From an uncultured archaeon (GTDB lineage Archaea; Asgardarchaeota; Lokiarchaeia; Sigyniarchaeales; SOKP01): a stretch of 64,000 nucleotides of DNA. The notes under the pieces are model-generated. The model made no database searches. It was not told the origin of the DNA and saw only the letters and a list, made by a program, of their open reading frames with translations. The position numbers and the translations under genes were made by a program. Shown here in pieces: positions 38,635 to 49,360 of the stretch; position 1 is the stretch's first letter; each line of letters opens with the position of its first letter. Location: contig CAYUTF010000001.1 of the NCBI GenBank assembly GCA_964447495.1, positions 116,400-180,399 of the forward strand, written 5' to 3'.

Positions 38635-39747
38635 ATGGTCTATTTTGTTCTTTGTTTCATTTTAATTATGTTTTCCTATCTCGTTATTCTTTATGCCTAT
38701 TTATATTTTTCAGATAAATTAGAAGCAATAAATAATTTTTTTGGATTTTCAGCGCTTTTTATCGTTTTTGCAAATATTTTAATAGTAAACATAAAAATGT
38801 ATCAAGATATCTCGCTTCGTTTAGACTTAGTACCTGGATTTTTATTTGGATTTGGATTTCCAATCATTTTAAATGGTCTATTGGTAGTGATTTCGACATT
38901 AATTGTCATCTCATATAAAAGATTTTTTAAGTCTATAGATCTTAAAGATTTCAAATTAAGGATGGAAAGGAAGTTAGCGGAAAGGAGTAAAACTAAAAAC
39001 GACACTTATCGTAAGATTCCACATGTCTTAATATTTATTGGATTACTTCTCTTATGGTTAATTGGAGCTATATTTGTAATTAATCTTACTGGATCAACTG
39101 AAGGAATGATCCCTTCTGAAAATAATATACTATATCTATATATCCAAATTTTAACTGAAACAGGCAATATAAAACCTATCCTTCTTTCATTAGGGTGGTT
39201 CTATTATTTGCTTTTTTTCTTTTTCTATATCTTTTGTATCTTTATGCTGTTTAATGAATTTACACGAAAAATAAACTCGTTATCTTATCCATTTAATCTT
39301 TTCTGTACTATTTTTTTATGTGATAATGAAAAGAAAAGTTATGGTACTTATCTACATTTCGCCATTGGCTTGATGATTGCTTCTTTTATTTCCCCTCCAA
39401 TGGTATTATTTTCCATTTTAGGGATATGTTCCATTTCAGATTTAATGACTAGTCAAATTGGAATTCGATATGGCAGAAAGCATATTAAGTGGAACAAAGA
39501 TAAAACCTGGGAGGGTGCAATTGCGGGAATAATATCATCATTTATCATATGTTTCTTTTTCATCGGAATTATATGGGCAATAATTTTTACACTTATCTTT
39601 TTCATTTTTGATATTTTAACCATGAAACCTCTTAATATATCTGATAATCTAATAGTACCAATAGCTTGTAGTGCTATTTATTTTGTAATTCGATTTACTT
39701 TTAATTTAGATTACATAATTCCAATTATAGAACTATTAGGGATCTAG
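38635..39747 (+). CDS. Dolichol/phytol kinase-like (CTP-dependent polyprenol kinase family) membrane protein
   Basis: RKIPH, SD....IG..YG, KTWEG and SDN motifs. Confidence 0.8.
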   Translation: MVYFVLCFILIMFSYLVILYAYLYFSDKLEAINNFFGFSALFIVFANILIVNIKMYQDISLRLDLVPGFLFGFGFPIILNGLLVVISTLIVISYKRFFKSIDLKDFKLRMERKLAERSKTKNDTYRKIPHVLIFIGLLLLWLIGAIFVINLTGSTEGMIPSENNILYLYIQILTETGNIKPILLSLGWFYYLLFFFFYIFCIFMLFNEFTRKINSLSYPFNLFCTIFLCDNEKKSYGTYLHFAIGLMIASFISPPMVLFSILGICSISDLMTSQIGIRYGRKHIKWNKDKTWEGAIAGIISSFIICFFFIGIIWAIIFTLIFFIFDILTMKPLNISDNLIVPIACSAIYFVIRFTFNLDYIIPIIELLGI

Positions 39748-39815
39748 ATTGATTGAAAGTATGAATAAAATCTACTCTTTTGTATTGCTAAACATTTTTA
39801 AGGTATTCAACTTTA

Positions 39816-40859
39816 GTGATTAAGATAATGTATTTCTTACCAACCAGTATTATTTTTATTGCATTTTCTATAGCAACATTGTTGTATGCCGTAAAAGTTC
39901 GGAAAAAAAAAGTGAAAAACCATCAATTTATCAATGAAATCCTTTTAGCATTACTATTACTAACTGCGGGAATTCTTTTTCCATTTATGTATCAATTTCA
40001 TACACCCTATCTCTCTTTAGATATTTTAAATATTTTATGGTTATTATCATCACTCATATTTTTAATAGAGATGGCTGTATGGATTCTAACTTTGACCTAT
40101 AATGCTGCAGTCTCTATAGAGAATCCCGAGATTATGGCAAAGCGTAATTATAATAAGTATAAAGAGATTGTGAGGAGTAATTGGAGTGACAATATTAAAG
40201 ATGAATTTGGACGAAAAATATTACACTTATTTACATGTTCTGTTGTTTTCATTTTTTGGATAATTGGTATGATCCTTGACCAATTTGGGATTTTGGAAAT
40301 GATGAATCTAGAGATATACACTTTTTCTTATTGGTGGATAATCACTATCGGTTATGCATTTGTATTTATGTTTCAGATTGCTGATTTAGCGCGCTTAAAT
40401 TATTTTTATATGCTTCCTAAATGGGCTAAGAAATGGTATTTATCAATGCGACCCAGTGAATTAGATACGTTTATTGCGTCTACTCCGTTGGTATTATCAT
40501 TTGTGCCTTTTACTTTTGCACCATTCCCTATTTTTGCTTCTGTTGCATTAATCACAACTGCTGCTGATGCTGCGGCATGTTTAGTTGGCAAAAAATTTGG
40601 AAAACACCAACTTAAAAAAGGATCTGATAAAACTGTTGAAGGTTTTATAGCAGGAGGTATATGTACTTTTATTATTGTATTTGGTATCATGCATTTATTC
40701 AATCAATATATCTTAGTAGACAGTGTTAAAATCATTTTAATGGCAACAATTTCAACAATACTGTTTCTAATGGTCGATTATTTTATAAAAAATATATCAG
40801 ATAATATATTAAATCCAATATTGACAGGGTTTGGAATGTGGATAATTTATCTACTCTAA
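39816..40859 (+). CDS. Dolichol/phytol kinase-like membrane protein (paralog)
   Basis: RKILH, AD.AA..VG..FG, KTVEG and SDN motifs. Confidence 0.8.
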   Translation: MIKIMYFLPTSIIFIAFSIATLLYAVKVRKKKVKNHQFINEILLALLLLTAGILFPFMYQFHTPYLSLDILNILWLLSSLIFLIEMAVWILTLTYNAAVSIENPEIMAKRNYNKYKEIVRSNWSDNIKDEFGRKILHLFTCSVVFIFWIIGMILDQFGILEMMNLEIYTFSYWWIITIGYAFVFMFQIADLARLNYFYMLPKWAKKWYLSMRPSELDTFIASTPLVLSFVPFTFAPFPIFASVALITTAADAAACLVGKKFGKHQLKKGSDKTVEGFIAGGICTFIIVFGIMHLFNQYILVDSVKIILMATISTILFLMVDYFIKNISDNILNPILTGFGMWIIYLL

Positions 40860-40864
40860 TAAGC

Positions 40865-41158
40865 CTATCCACCAAAATAGAGATAAAGAAATGTTATATC
40901 ATCATTATTTTTTAAAATTGTATCTAAGAAGCCTTCCTTCCTATAACTCATTCCATTAATGATAATTGAGAGAAAAGAACTAAAATCCCCTGTATTTTTC
41001 TTATCCCAGAGTAGATTATGGAAATCTTCGCCATATTCCTTTTTCAGATACTCTATTAACTCTCTTAATGTAATTTCATTTTCAAACTTGAGTTTCTTAT
41101 GAAGGCTTTTTGTCAATTCATTGAATGGAGGTTCAAATGAAAGAGAAAGTTCTATCAA
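40865..41158 (-). CDS. MoaD/ThiS/SAMP ubiquitin-like protein
   Basis: 97 aa, IING..L.T.L...D.I, C-terminal GG. Confidence 0.85.
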   Translation of the reverse strand: MIELSLSFEPPFNELTKSLHKKLKFENEITLRELIEYLKKEYGEDFHNLLWDKKNTGDFSSFLSIIINGMSYRKEGFLDTILKNNDDITFLYLYFGG

Positions 41159-41407
41159 TTTAGGTACTCATATTCATATTTTATTTAATCTTAATTCTAG
41201 TGAATTGGGGGATGTTTAAATTTTTGTTGATTATTATATATAGCGAAGTAAATTAAAAGGAAATACGATAAAAATGTTCTATGTATTAATAATTTCAATA
41301 TAAATATCCTTAAATAATGAATGAAAATGAATTTTGTTAAAGTTTTAACAATTAGATTATAAAGTTAGGAATGATATTTTGATTAATGTTAAAGATAGGT
41401 AATTATT

Positions 41408-42421
41408 ATGGCTCAAGTTATATTTATATCAAGCAGTAATGTCCGTGATGCATGGCTTTCAGCTCTAGCTCAGGTTTTGTATAACGGTGATGATATTAAG
41501 ACAGAATATGATAAAGAGAAAGATCCTCCTTCTAAAGATGCATCAGTTCTAATAGAAATTAAGGAACCAATGAGTGATCCTATTACGAGAAGGGATAAGA
41601 TCATAAAAATAAAAACCAAATATGGAAATTCATTTGAAGTCTATGGATGTATGGCCGACACGTATTTGATTGGTTCAATTCAAAGTGGTTATATCGAAGA
41701 AATTGTAGAGGGTGTTAATGATCATTACATATGGGAATCGGGCGCAAGTTTTCCCTATTCATATCATGATAGAATATTCAATTATACCCCATTTTCTTTA
41801 GAAGATAGTATTCATGTTAATTATGATTTAGAATTAGTTGATAAAGAATTTGTTAAGACGCATCAAAAATTAGCATATGCAAAGAAAATTATAAAGACGC
41901 CAGAGGGTTTAACGTGGAAATTGAAGGATCGTGTAAATTATAATTTAGACAAGAAAATTTCAGAACAAGTTGGAATCGAAAAAATCCCAATTGGTGTTAT
42001 AGATTTCCCCAAAATAAACCAGATTGAGTATATCATTCAGAAATTAAAAGAAAAGCCGTATTCTCGTAGAGCACAAGCAATTACATGGAGACCTCTTGTT
42101 GATCCCTTCCATTCAGATCCTCCTTGCCTGCAACGTATTTTTATGCGAATTAAAAATAATAAGCTTATTATGCAAACTACCTGGCGGAGTCGAGATTTAT
42201 TTAGAGCATGGGAAGCTAATGTAAATGGTATGATCAGAATCCAAAAATATGTAGCGGATCAGCTAAGTGTAGAAATAGGACATTACTTAGATTTTAGTAA
42301 TTCTCTACATATTTACGGAAATACAATAGCAGAACTTGAAGATATGCTAAAACGCATGAAGAATAAGGGCGAAGAATTCCCTAAAGACATTTTAGAATTA
42401 ATTGAAAGAAATATTCCTTAA
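41408..42421 (+). CDS. thyA: Thymidylate synthase, archaeal type
   Basis: YSYHDR, SRRA.A.TW, PPCLQ (catalytic Cys), RSRD...N and SLHIY motifs. Confidence 0.85.
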   Translation: MAQVIFISSSNVRDAWLSALAQVLYNGDDIKTEYDKEKDPPSKDASVLIEIKEPMSDPITRRDKIIKIKTKYGNSFEVYGCMADTYLIGSIQSGYIEEIVEGVNDHYIWESGASFPYSYHDRIFNYTPFSLEDSIHVNYDLELVDKEFVKTHQKLAYAKKIIKTPEGLTWKLKDRVNYNLDKKISEQVGIEKIPIGVIDFPKINQIEYIIQKLKEKPYSRRAQAITWRPLVDPFHSDPPCLQRIFMRIKNNKLIMQTTWRSRDLFRAWEANVNGMIRIQKYVADQLSVEIGHYLDFSNSLHIYGNTIAELEDMLKRMKNKGEEFPKDILELIERNIP

Positions 42422-42425
42422 TCAA

Positions 42426-43190
42426 TTATTCTTTATTAAATAGACGTGGGAAAATATTTTTGGTGTTTTGCAGGATTATTTCTTCTAGTTCGTCAATTAG
42501 TACTTTTTTTATCAAAGATATTTCGTTTAATACATCTTTAATCATAGCCGGAGTCCCTAACTTTCCAGAAAATTTAACAGGACCATCACTTTCTAATAAT
42601 AAATGGTTATTATCTAATAATGAGGCTGTTTTTTTAACAGCTGGTGAATATTTTATTGCAGGTGTTATCGAGAAATAATATCCTCGATCGATACCTAATT
42701 TGAGATATTTTTCTGGACCAGAATACCAGTGTATGTTTACATTAGTTAAATTATAAGATGTAAGCGTTTCAAAAATTAGCTTTTCAGCGCCCTTAGTATG
42801 TACATTAACAGGTAATTGTAATTTCTGAGCTAATGCGAGCATTTGGTTAAATATTTTAATTTGAAGAGGATATAACTCTTTCTCTTTAATAAAATGATGA
42901 TCTAAGCCAATTTCACCGATAGCACACAACTTACTTCCGTTTGAAGTAATCAAATCAATAACAGAATCAAGCTCAGATTCAATATTTTTATTCATTTTTA
43001 CTTCTTCAGGATGAATTCCTAAAGCAGGATATACTGATTCGTATTGTTCCGCAATCTCTAATATTCTTTTTTGACTTAACGCACTCATTCCAACTACAAT
43101 TATTTTATCAATTCCAAAATTTTTGGCTTCATTTATTATTTCATCAATATTTAAGTAAAGATTCATATGACAATGGACATCAATTAACAA
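42426..43190 (-). CDS. tatD: TatD-family nuclease
   Basis: DVHCH, GIHP, IGEIGLD, H, HW and LLESD motifs. Confidence 0.9.
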   Translation of the reverse strand: MLIDVHCHMNLYLNIDEIINEAKNFGIDKIIVVGMSALSQKRILEIAEQYESVYPALGIHPEEVKMNKNIESELDSVIDLITSNGSKLCAIGEIGLDHHFIKEKELYPLQIKIFNQMLALAQKLQLPVNVHTKGAEKLIFETLTSYNLTNVNIHWYSGPEKYLKLGIDRGYYFSITPAIKYSPAVKKTASLLDNNHLLLESDGPVKFSGKLGTPAMIKDVLNEISLIKKVLIDELEEIILQNTKNIFPRLFNKE

Positions 43191-43247
43191 ATTAAATACC
43201 TTTATGATGATTTATGATATTATACAGAATACAAGTTGATCATTAAC

Positions 43248-43589
43248 TTATAATTGATTTATTTCTTCTCTTAATTTGACAATCTTCATAACCAACTTAA
43301 ATTTACCTTGCGGATATTCTTGTTTTTCTAAATAATTTTTGAACGTTTCCAATTCTTTTAATAAATAGTTTTTAATATCTTCTTTTGTCACAAAACCTAA
43401 AATTTTAGGGAGAGGTTCAAATTTCTCAATTCTCTTGATTCTCAAGCTTGATATTGCTTTAGCTAATTGTGCTTGAAACCCTTTTGCCTCAGAGATATCT
43501 GCTCCGTCTAACATATCTAAGGAAGTTTGTAAACCGTCAATAAATGCTTCTAAATCTCGGATATCAACCTTTTTATCATCCATAATCAA
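43248..43589 (-). CDS. Hypothetical helical protein
   Basis: 113-aa ORF in a minus-strand gene run. Confidence 0.65.
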   Translation of the reverse strand: MIMDDKKVDIRDLEAFIDGLQTSLDMLDGADISEAKGFQAQLAKAISSLRIKRIEKFEPLPKILGFVTKEDIKNYLLKELETFKNYLEKQEYPQGKFKLVMKIVKLREEINQL

Positions 43590-43693
43590 AACTGACGAAA
43601 TTTTAATTGTTTAGATTGAATTTAAACGGGTTTTTAGTATTCAATATTCTTAATTATTTATTTATAATATACATTACTATTCTTTTATCAATG

Positions 43694-44458
43694 TTAGAAA
43701 TTAAAATGACTGAATTCATCAAAAATAATTTCAGCTAAGGTTTTTAACACGGTTTTTCTTAAGTCATTATCATATAACCGAATTCTATCAGAAAACTCTA
43801 TTTGCATACTTTGACTTTTAGGTATGTTACTCGCACCATATTTTTTAGTTATATACCCCCCAGAGAGCACATATTCACGTCTTCTCTGATGCCCTGGAGC
43901 AATAGGGATATTTAGTTCTAAAAACTTTTTTACTATTAGTCCGCGTAAATTTTTACTCAAATCTTTTTTCTTAAGAGAATTAGAATACATTGATTTAAGG
44001 TTATCTGTCCCTAATATTATATCTACATCACGAAATCCTTGGGGGCGCTTGTTTCTCTCAAATCCATGAATATCAATTAATAATGATCTATTATATGCTT
44101 CTATATTGTGAAATATATATTCTTGAATAGTTTTATGATAAAAATGGTAAATATATTTTGCTAGTTGGGATTCGTGATTGAAAGCTTTCTCTATTGGTCT
44201 ATTTAAATCAATTTTTCTTCTTGTCACATTACAAAAAACGAATGAGGGTTTTTTATTCTCTGAAGTTTTTCTAAAGTAAATAGATTGAAATTCTTGTATT
44301 AATTCTTGAGCGAGTTGAATAGTCTTTTTGTCAATCCCAAGGATACCAAGAGATCGTGTAGGAATTTCCTCGTATATTAATTCACCACCATGAGGTACAG
44401 ATAAAATTAGGGGTATAGCCCCTTTTTCATGTGAAACATACTTATCAACATTTACCAT
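43694..44458 (-). CDS. N-formylglutamate amidohydrolase-like zinc hydrolase
   Basis: SVPHGG, DLNR, DIHG, GGYIT and QIE motifs. Confidence 0.8.
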   Translation of the reverse strand: MVNVDKYVSHEKGAIPLILSVPHGGELIYEEIPTRSLGILGIDKKTIQLAQELIQEFQSIYFRKTSENKKPSFVFCNVTRRKIDLNRPIEKAFNHESQLAKYIYHFYHKTIQEYIFHNIEAYNRSLLIDIHGFERNKRPQGFRDVDIILGTDNLKSMYSNSLKKKDLSKNLRGLIVKKFLELNIPIAPGHQRRREYVLSGGYITKKYGASNIPKSQSMQIEFSDRIRLYDNDLRKTVLKTLAEIIFDEFSHFNF

Positions 44459-44518
44459 CTTAATATCTAATTTTGTGATTATTTAGTTAAATAGAATAAA
44501 AAATGAAAAAGGTAAAAA

Positions 44519-44971
44519 TTAATAACCGAAATATACTGCGCGAAGGATAATAAAAACACCTATCCATATTCCAAAACCAATAATTCCAAAGATATAATAT
44601 GCCCAAATATTTTTACCCTTAGTAAAAATTAAATGACAAAATAACCAAGAGCTCAATGCTCCAATAACGCCAATTATTATATCCATTGTAATGTTTTGCC
44701 AACTATCACGTCTCCCTTCAAATTTCCACCCAATTTCTACAAATAAAAGATTTTCAAGCAATTCCCATGCAATCAGAATGACAAATGTTAAAATAAAAAC
44801 AAAGAGTAATGAAAATATTGGTGTTTTTCCTTTATTTTTAGGGATTGTATAAAAAAGACTAAAAAAGAGAAAAACGCCAATTCCAAAACAAATATGGCCA
44901 ATTGAATAAAAATCAAACCAAGATTCTCCAACTTCACTAATTGTTTCAGCAAATATTTCATTAAATAACAT
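44519..44971 (-). CDS. Membrane protein (4 TM; H..WE..E..D pattern)
   Basis: DFYSIGH, AWELLEN and DS..N...D in a hydrophobic protein. Confidence 0.7.
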   Translation of the reverse strand: MLFNEIFAETISEVGESWFDFYSIGHICFGIGVFLFFSLFYTIPKNKGKTPIFSLLFVFILTFVILIAWELLENLLFVEIGWKFEGRRDSWQNITMDIIIGVIGALSSWLFCHLIFTKGKNIWAYYIFGIIGFGIWIGVFIILRAVYFGY

Positions 44972-45088
44972 TATCTTTCACATTTTTCGTATGAGTTCTT
45001 TTTTATTTAATTATAAATTTAACTTTAAAAGTATATTAAATATATTATATCAGTCTTTTAAATTTAATATAATATTTAGGGTCATTAT

Positions 45089-46372
45089 TTGATAGAAAGA
45101 ATTGCCTTTGTCGCATATTATCAGAAACAAAATATATACAGTTTTAATGCTTTGATCGGGGCAATTGAAACTGATGATGATTTAACAGATATTAAAATAT
45201 ATTTTGTACGTGGTAAGGAAAATTTATTTAGAGAATTAGTAACAATTAAAAAAGAACATCAGATTGTAATTTTGGGAATTTCTTTTTTCACTACTCAACT
45301 ATGGGAAATAAATACCCTTGTAAAAGCTTTAAGAAAAAAGTATTCTAACCAAATAATAATTATTGCAGGAGGGCCTCATCCTACGGGAGATCCTCTAAGA
45401 ACTCTTAAGATGGGTTTTGATATTGTAGTAATAGGGGAAGGAGAAGAAACCCTTCGAGATTTGCTTAAGAAAGTAAATGAAAACGCAATTTTTGACAATG
45501 TTAAAGGAATAGCATATCTTAACTCAGAAAAGAAATATCACTATACAGGTAAAAGAAAATTGATTGACTTAGATTTGTATCCACCTTTTCCTATCAAAAA
45601 TTCACAGTTCGGTGCCATTGAAATCACAAGAGGATGTCCGTATGTGTGTTATTTCTGCCAAACACCGTATATTCTAGGTACTCAACCAAGACATAGAAGT
45701 ATCAAATCTATTTGTAAATATATTGAGATCATGAAGAAAGAAAACTTGACTGATATTCGCTTTATCACTCCAAACGCATTCTCCTACGGATCAATTAATG
45801 GCAAAATAGTAAATATTTCAAAAATGGAAGAATTATTAACAAATGCGAGAACAATCATCGGAAGATCAGGAAGAATATTCTTTGGTTCATTTCCATCAGA
45901 AGTTAGACCGGAACATGTAACAAAAGAAACCTTGGGGTTAATATTAGATTATGCAAATAATGACAATATCATTATAGGTGCTCAATCTGGAAGCCAAAAA
46001 ATTTTAGATTTATGCCATCGAGATCATACAATCGAAGATGTGATTAATGCTGTCGATTTAACAGTCAATTTTGGGCTGAAAATTAATGTTGATTTCATTT
46101 TTGGGTTACCAAATGAATCTGAAGAAGACATCAAATTAACAATTAATCTGATGAATACATTAACAGCTAAAGGTGCTAAAATTCATACTCATGCATTTAT
46201 TCCACTACCCCAGACTCCGTTTGCTGAAAAAAAAATAACCCCTATTCATGAGGAAATCAAAAAAGTTGTAAATAATTTGAATACAAGGGGTTTAGCATTT
46301 GGTGATTGGAAAAAGCAGGAAAAAATCGCTTTAAAGATTTCTAAATATCTAAGACAAGCGAAAGTTGAATAA
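45089..46372 (+). CDS. B12-binding domain radical SAM protein (TIGR04013-like)
   Basis: GGPHP and GEGE B12-binding region, EITRGCPYVCYFC, GSFPSEVRPE. Confidence 0.88.
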   Translation: MIERIAFVAYYQKQNIYSFNALIGAIETDDDLTDIKIYFVRGKENLFRELVTIKKEHQIVILGISFFTTQLWEINTLVKALRKKYSNQIIIIAGGPHPTGDPLRTLKMGFDIVVIGEGEETLRDLLKKVNENAIFDNVKGIAYLNSEKKYHYTGKRKLIDLDLYPPFPIKNSQFGAIEITRGCPYVCYFCQTPYILGTQPRHRSIKSICKYIEIMKKENLTDIRFITPNAFSYGSINGKIVNISKMEELLTNARTIIGRSGRIFFGSFPSEVRPEHVTKETLGLILDYANNDNIIIGAQSGSQKILDLCHRDHTIEDVINAVDLTVNFGLKINVDFIFGLPNESEEDIKLTINLMNTLTAKGAKIHTHAFIPLPQTPFAEKKITPIHEEIKKVVNNLNTRGLAFGDWKKQEKIALKISKYLRQAKVE

Positions 46373-46380
46373 TTATATCT

Positions 46381-47235
46381 TCAAATAATACGAATCTTCT
46401 CATCTTCTATTTTTAGAAATCCTTCTTTTTCTAACTGCATTAGAACTTCCATTAATTTATTTGAATTCAATTTCAATTTTTGAGTAAGATGTGATATGAG
46501 CATTTCAGAATTCTTTACAATTAATTTGAGTATTTTACCACGTAACTCTCGAGTAGATCCCTTAAATGTTGGCTGCTTTCGATAGTGGGAACTCCTTTTA
46601 TTCAATTCGGGATGGCTTTTTTTTAGCATTACCCCATAATCCATAAGAGCATAATACCACTCTCGAGGATTATTATAATCTAAAGTTTTTTTAATAATAG
46701 GTAAGATTTTTTCATCCGATACAGAATTTGATCGTGGGAAATAAAAGTATATAAAGACACGTCTTATGTTTGTTTCAATAAAAAAAGTTGGAAGATTAAA
46801 AGCAAAAGATATAATTGAAGAGGCCGTATTATGCCCTATTTGGGGGAAAGATTTCAAAATGTCGATATCTGCAGGAAGGTTTCCTCCATACTCTTCCATA
46901 ACAATCTTTGCGATTTTCTTTAAAGCAATTGCTCGTCGATTATATCCAAGGCCCTGCCACTTTTTCAATACTTTATCTAAAGGAGCTGCCATCAAAGTGT
47001 GAAAATCAGGAAATTCATAGATAAATTCAATAAATTTATCTGATACTCTATTAGTTTGAGTTTGTTGAAGCATCATTTCTGATACTAAAACCTTATACGG
47101 TGAAATATCGCTCCTAAATGGGAAATCTCGCTTACTCTTTTTATAGTAAGAATAAATTATATCTTGAAATATTTTTACAACTTCTTTATTTAAATGGTTT
47201 TCTTGATATAATTTATGAAATTCAGTAATTAAAAT
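46381..47235 (-). CDS. mutY: MutY-like HhH-GPD A/G-specific glycosylase, lacking the Fe-S motif (start extended)
   Basis: The in-frame upstream region encodes RDFPFRSDISPYKVLVSEMMLQQTQ. Also WQGLGYNRRA, HhH and ALMDYG. Probable ATT start at 47235 behind AAGGTG. Confidence 0.8.
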   Translation of the reverse strand: MLITEFHKLYQENHLNKEVVKIFQDIIYSYYKKSKRDFPFRSDISPYKVLVSEMMLQQTQTNRVSDKFIEFIYEFPDFHTLMAAPLDKVLKKWQGLGYNRRAIALKKIAKIVMEEYGGNLPADIDILKSFPQIGHNTASSIISFAFNLPTFFIETNIRRVFIYFYFPRSNSVSDEKILPIIKKTLDYNNPREWYYALMDYGVMLKKSHPELNKRSSHYRKQPTFKGSTRELRGKILKLIVKNSEMLISHLTQKLKLNSNKLMEVLMQLEKEGFLKIEDEKIRII

Positions 47236-47334
47236 TTTAAAACACCTTACGTAATCCTTTAAAGAGTAATTTAGGAGTTTTAATTAAATTAATTACTATT
47301 AAAAATAAATTATAGTTTTCTTAAATTTATTGAA

Positions 47335-49245
47335 TTATTTAGAGATACTAAACGCAAATTCAGTCACTCCCCCTTCTATCTTCTTTAAATTCAATTTATA
47401 ACCTGAAGTATCTATAATATGTAGCATTGGGCGGTTTTCTAGTAAAATAGATCCTCCAAATGTTTTGTAATTCAACTCTCTGCCAATTTTTACTAAATAG
47501 TTTAATAAAAACCGTGAAATTCCTAATCCACGCCACTCTTTATGGACTACAAATGCTAATTCTGCGACAGATGGTTTTATTGTTTTAAAGAACGCTCCAA
47601 TTGCAATAATCTTTTCTTCTCCTCCTTCATTATATAAAGCAACTAAAATCATATCGGTTGAATAATCGATATTCACCATTGGTTGGATTTTTTTATGACG
47701 AAAATCTTGTACGGGGGAAAAAAATCTTAGATATCTATCTTGTTCATCTAATGAATAATGAAGCTCCTGCATCATTCTCTCATCGGTAGGTTTAACAGGG
47801 CGAATTTTAATTGTTTTACCATCTTTTAATTTGAGAAAGGTTTCATATTTTTCGGGATAGATACTAATTCGCCCATCTATTGAAATGGGTAATTTTTGGT
47901 CGGAATATACATAATTCCATTTCTTTGCATGTTCTAAAAGACCTTCTCGAAAATCGGGATGAGCAATGTTTATCATCTCTAAAACCCGTTCTCTTATACT
48001 TTTTCCATAGAGATAGGCAATTCCCCACTCAGTTGCAATATAATGAATATCACCTCTGGTAATTACTACTCCAGAACCCGGTTGGAGAAAAGGGACGATT
48101 CTTGAGACTATTGATCCATCTTTTAAAGTGGCGGTTGAAGGCAAAACCATTATAGGTTTTCCTTCTTTTGCCCTTCCAGCGCCTCTTACAAAATCTACTT
48201 GACCTCCTATACCACTATAAAACCGATGTCCTAACGAATCAGAATTTACTTGCCCTGTTAAATCTATAGAGAGAGCAGCATTTATTGCAACCTGTTTTTT
48301 ATTCTGACTAATGATATATGGGTCATTTGTATAATCACATGGGTGAAATTCGACCATCGGATTATCATCTACGAAATTATATAACTTTCTTGAACCCATT
48401 ACAAAAGAGCAGATTATTTTATCCCTATGAATTGTCTTCTTTTTGCATGTTACTACCCCTTCCTCGACTAAATCAACTATACCATCTGAAAATACTTCAC
48501 TATGAACCCCCAAATCTTTCTTATCTTTTAATTCTTGGGTCACCGCATTTGGAATTTGACCAATACCCATTTGAATTGTTGATTCATCCTCAATTAAAGA
48601 AGAAACAAACTTAGCTATTTTTTTTGAGACCTCATCGGGTTCACCATAGGAGAATTCTATGACGTCATGCTTAGTAGTTACATAGGCATCAATATCATCC
48701 ATATGTATAAATGAGTCTCCTAAAGTACGAGGCATATTTGGATTTACTTCTGCTATCACATATTCAGCCGCTTCAGCTATTGGTTTAACAATATCAACAT
48801 TAATTCCATAACTACAAAATCCATATCTGTCAGGGGGGCTTACTTGAATAAGGGCAGTATCTAAGTGCATTTTACCTAACTTGAATAACCACGGTATCTC
48901 AGATAAGAGCATTGGCGTATAATCTGCTTGCCCTGAATCTATGTATTTGCGAAGTGACTTTCCAATGAAAAATGCATTATGCCTAAATAAATCCTCTATA
49001 CCACCAGCTGTCTCATAGTAGTCAAGATCACTTAAACTAAGAAAGTGTAAAATCTCTATATCTGGCAATTCAGGACCAAGTTCAATTAACTTTTTAGTTA
49101 AATCAGTTGGTTCGGAACATCCAGAATCTATAAAAATTCTATCCCCTGGATTGATAAATTTCTTTATAGCATTACTTAATGAAACTTCTTTTTTAGTATA
49201 ATTCTTTAGTGGATTCAAATTCTCATCATTTTTATATGAACACAT
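47335..49245 (-). CDS. Acetyl-CoA hydrolase/transferase (4-hydroxybutyrate CoA-transferase-like) fused to a C-terminal GNAT domain
   Basis: QMGIG.IP, GVHSE, SGIGGQ.DF and TEWG, then IRP..P.D, AELAFVV..WRGLG. Confidence 0.9.
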   Translation of the reverse strand: MCSYKNDENLNPLKNYTKKEVSLSNAIKKFINPGDRIFIDSGCSEPTDLTKKLIELGPELPDIEILHFLSLSDLDYYETAGGIEDLFRHNAFFIGKSLRKYIDSGQADYTPMLLSEIPWLFKLGKMHLDTALIQVSPPDRYGFCSYGINVDIVKPIAEAAEYVIAEVNPNMPRTLGDSFIHMDDIDAYVTTKHDVIEFSYGEPDEVSKKIAKFVSSLIEDESTIQMGIGQIPNAVTQELKDKKDLGVHSEVFSDGIVDLVEEGVVTCKKKTIHRDKIICSFVMGSRKLYNFVDDNPMVEFHPCDYTNDPYIISQNKKQVAINAALSIDLTGQVNSDSLGHRFYSGIGGQVDFVRGAGRAKEGKPIMVLPSTATLKDGSIVSRIVPFLQPGSGVVITRGDIHYIATEWGIAYLYGKSIRERVLEMINIAHPDFREGLLEHAKKWNYVYSDQKLPISIDGRISIYPEKYETFLKLKDGKTIKIRPVKPTDERMMQELHYSLDEQDRYLRFFSPVQDFRHKKIQPMVNIDYSTDMILVALYNEGGEEKIIAIGAFFKTIKPSVAELAFVVHKEWRGLGISRFLLNYLVKIGRELNYKTFGGSILLENRPMLHIIDTSGYKLNLKKIEGGVTEFAFSISK

Positions 49246-49360
49246 AATTATATCTTTTTATTATTCGTCAGTCAACTATGAATAGGATTTTAATAATTTT
49301 AAATAAAACGATTAGAATTTCTAGATTTCAATTTAAAAATATTTGAAACGTTAATTTTGT

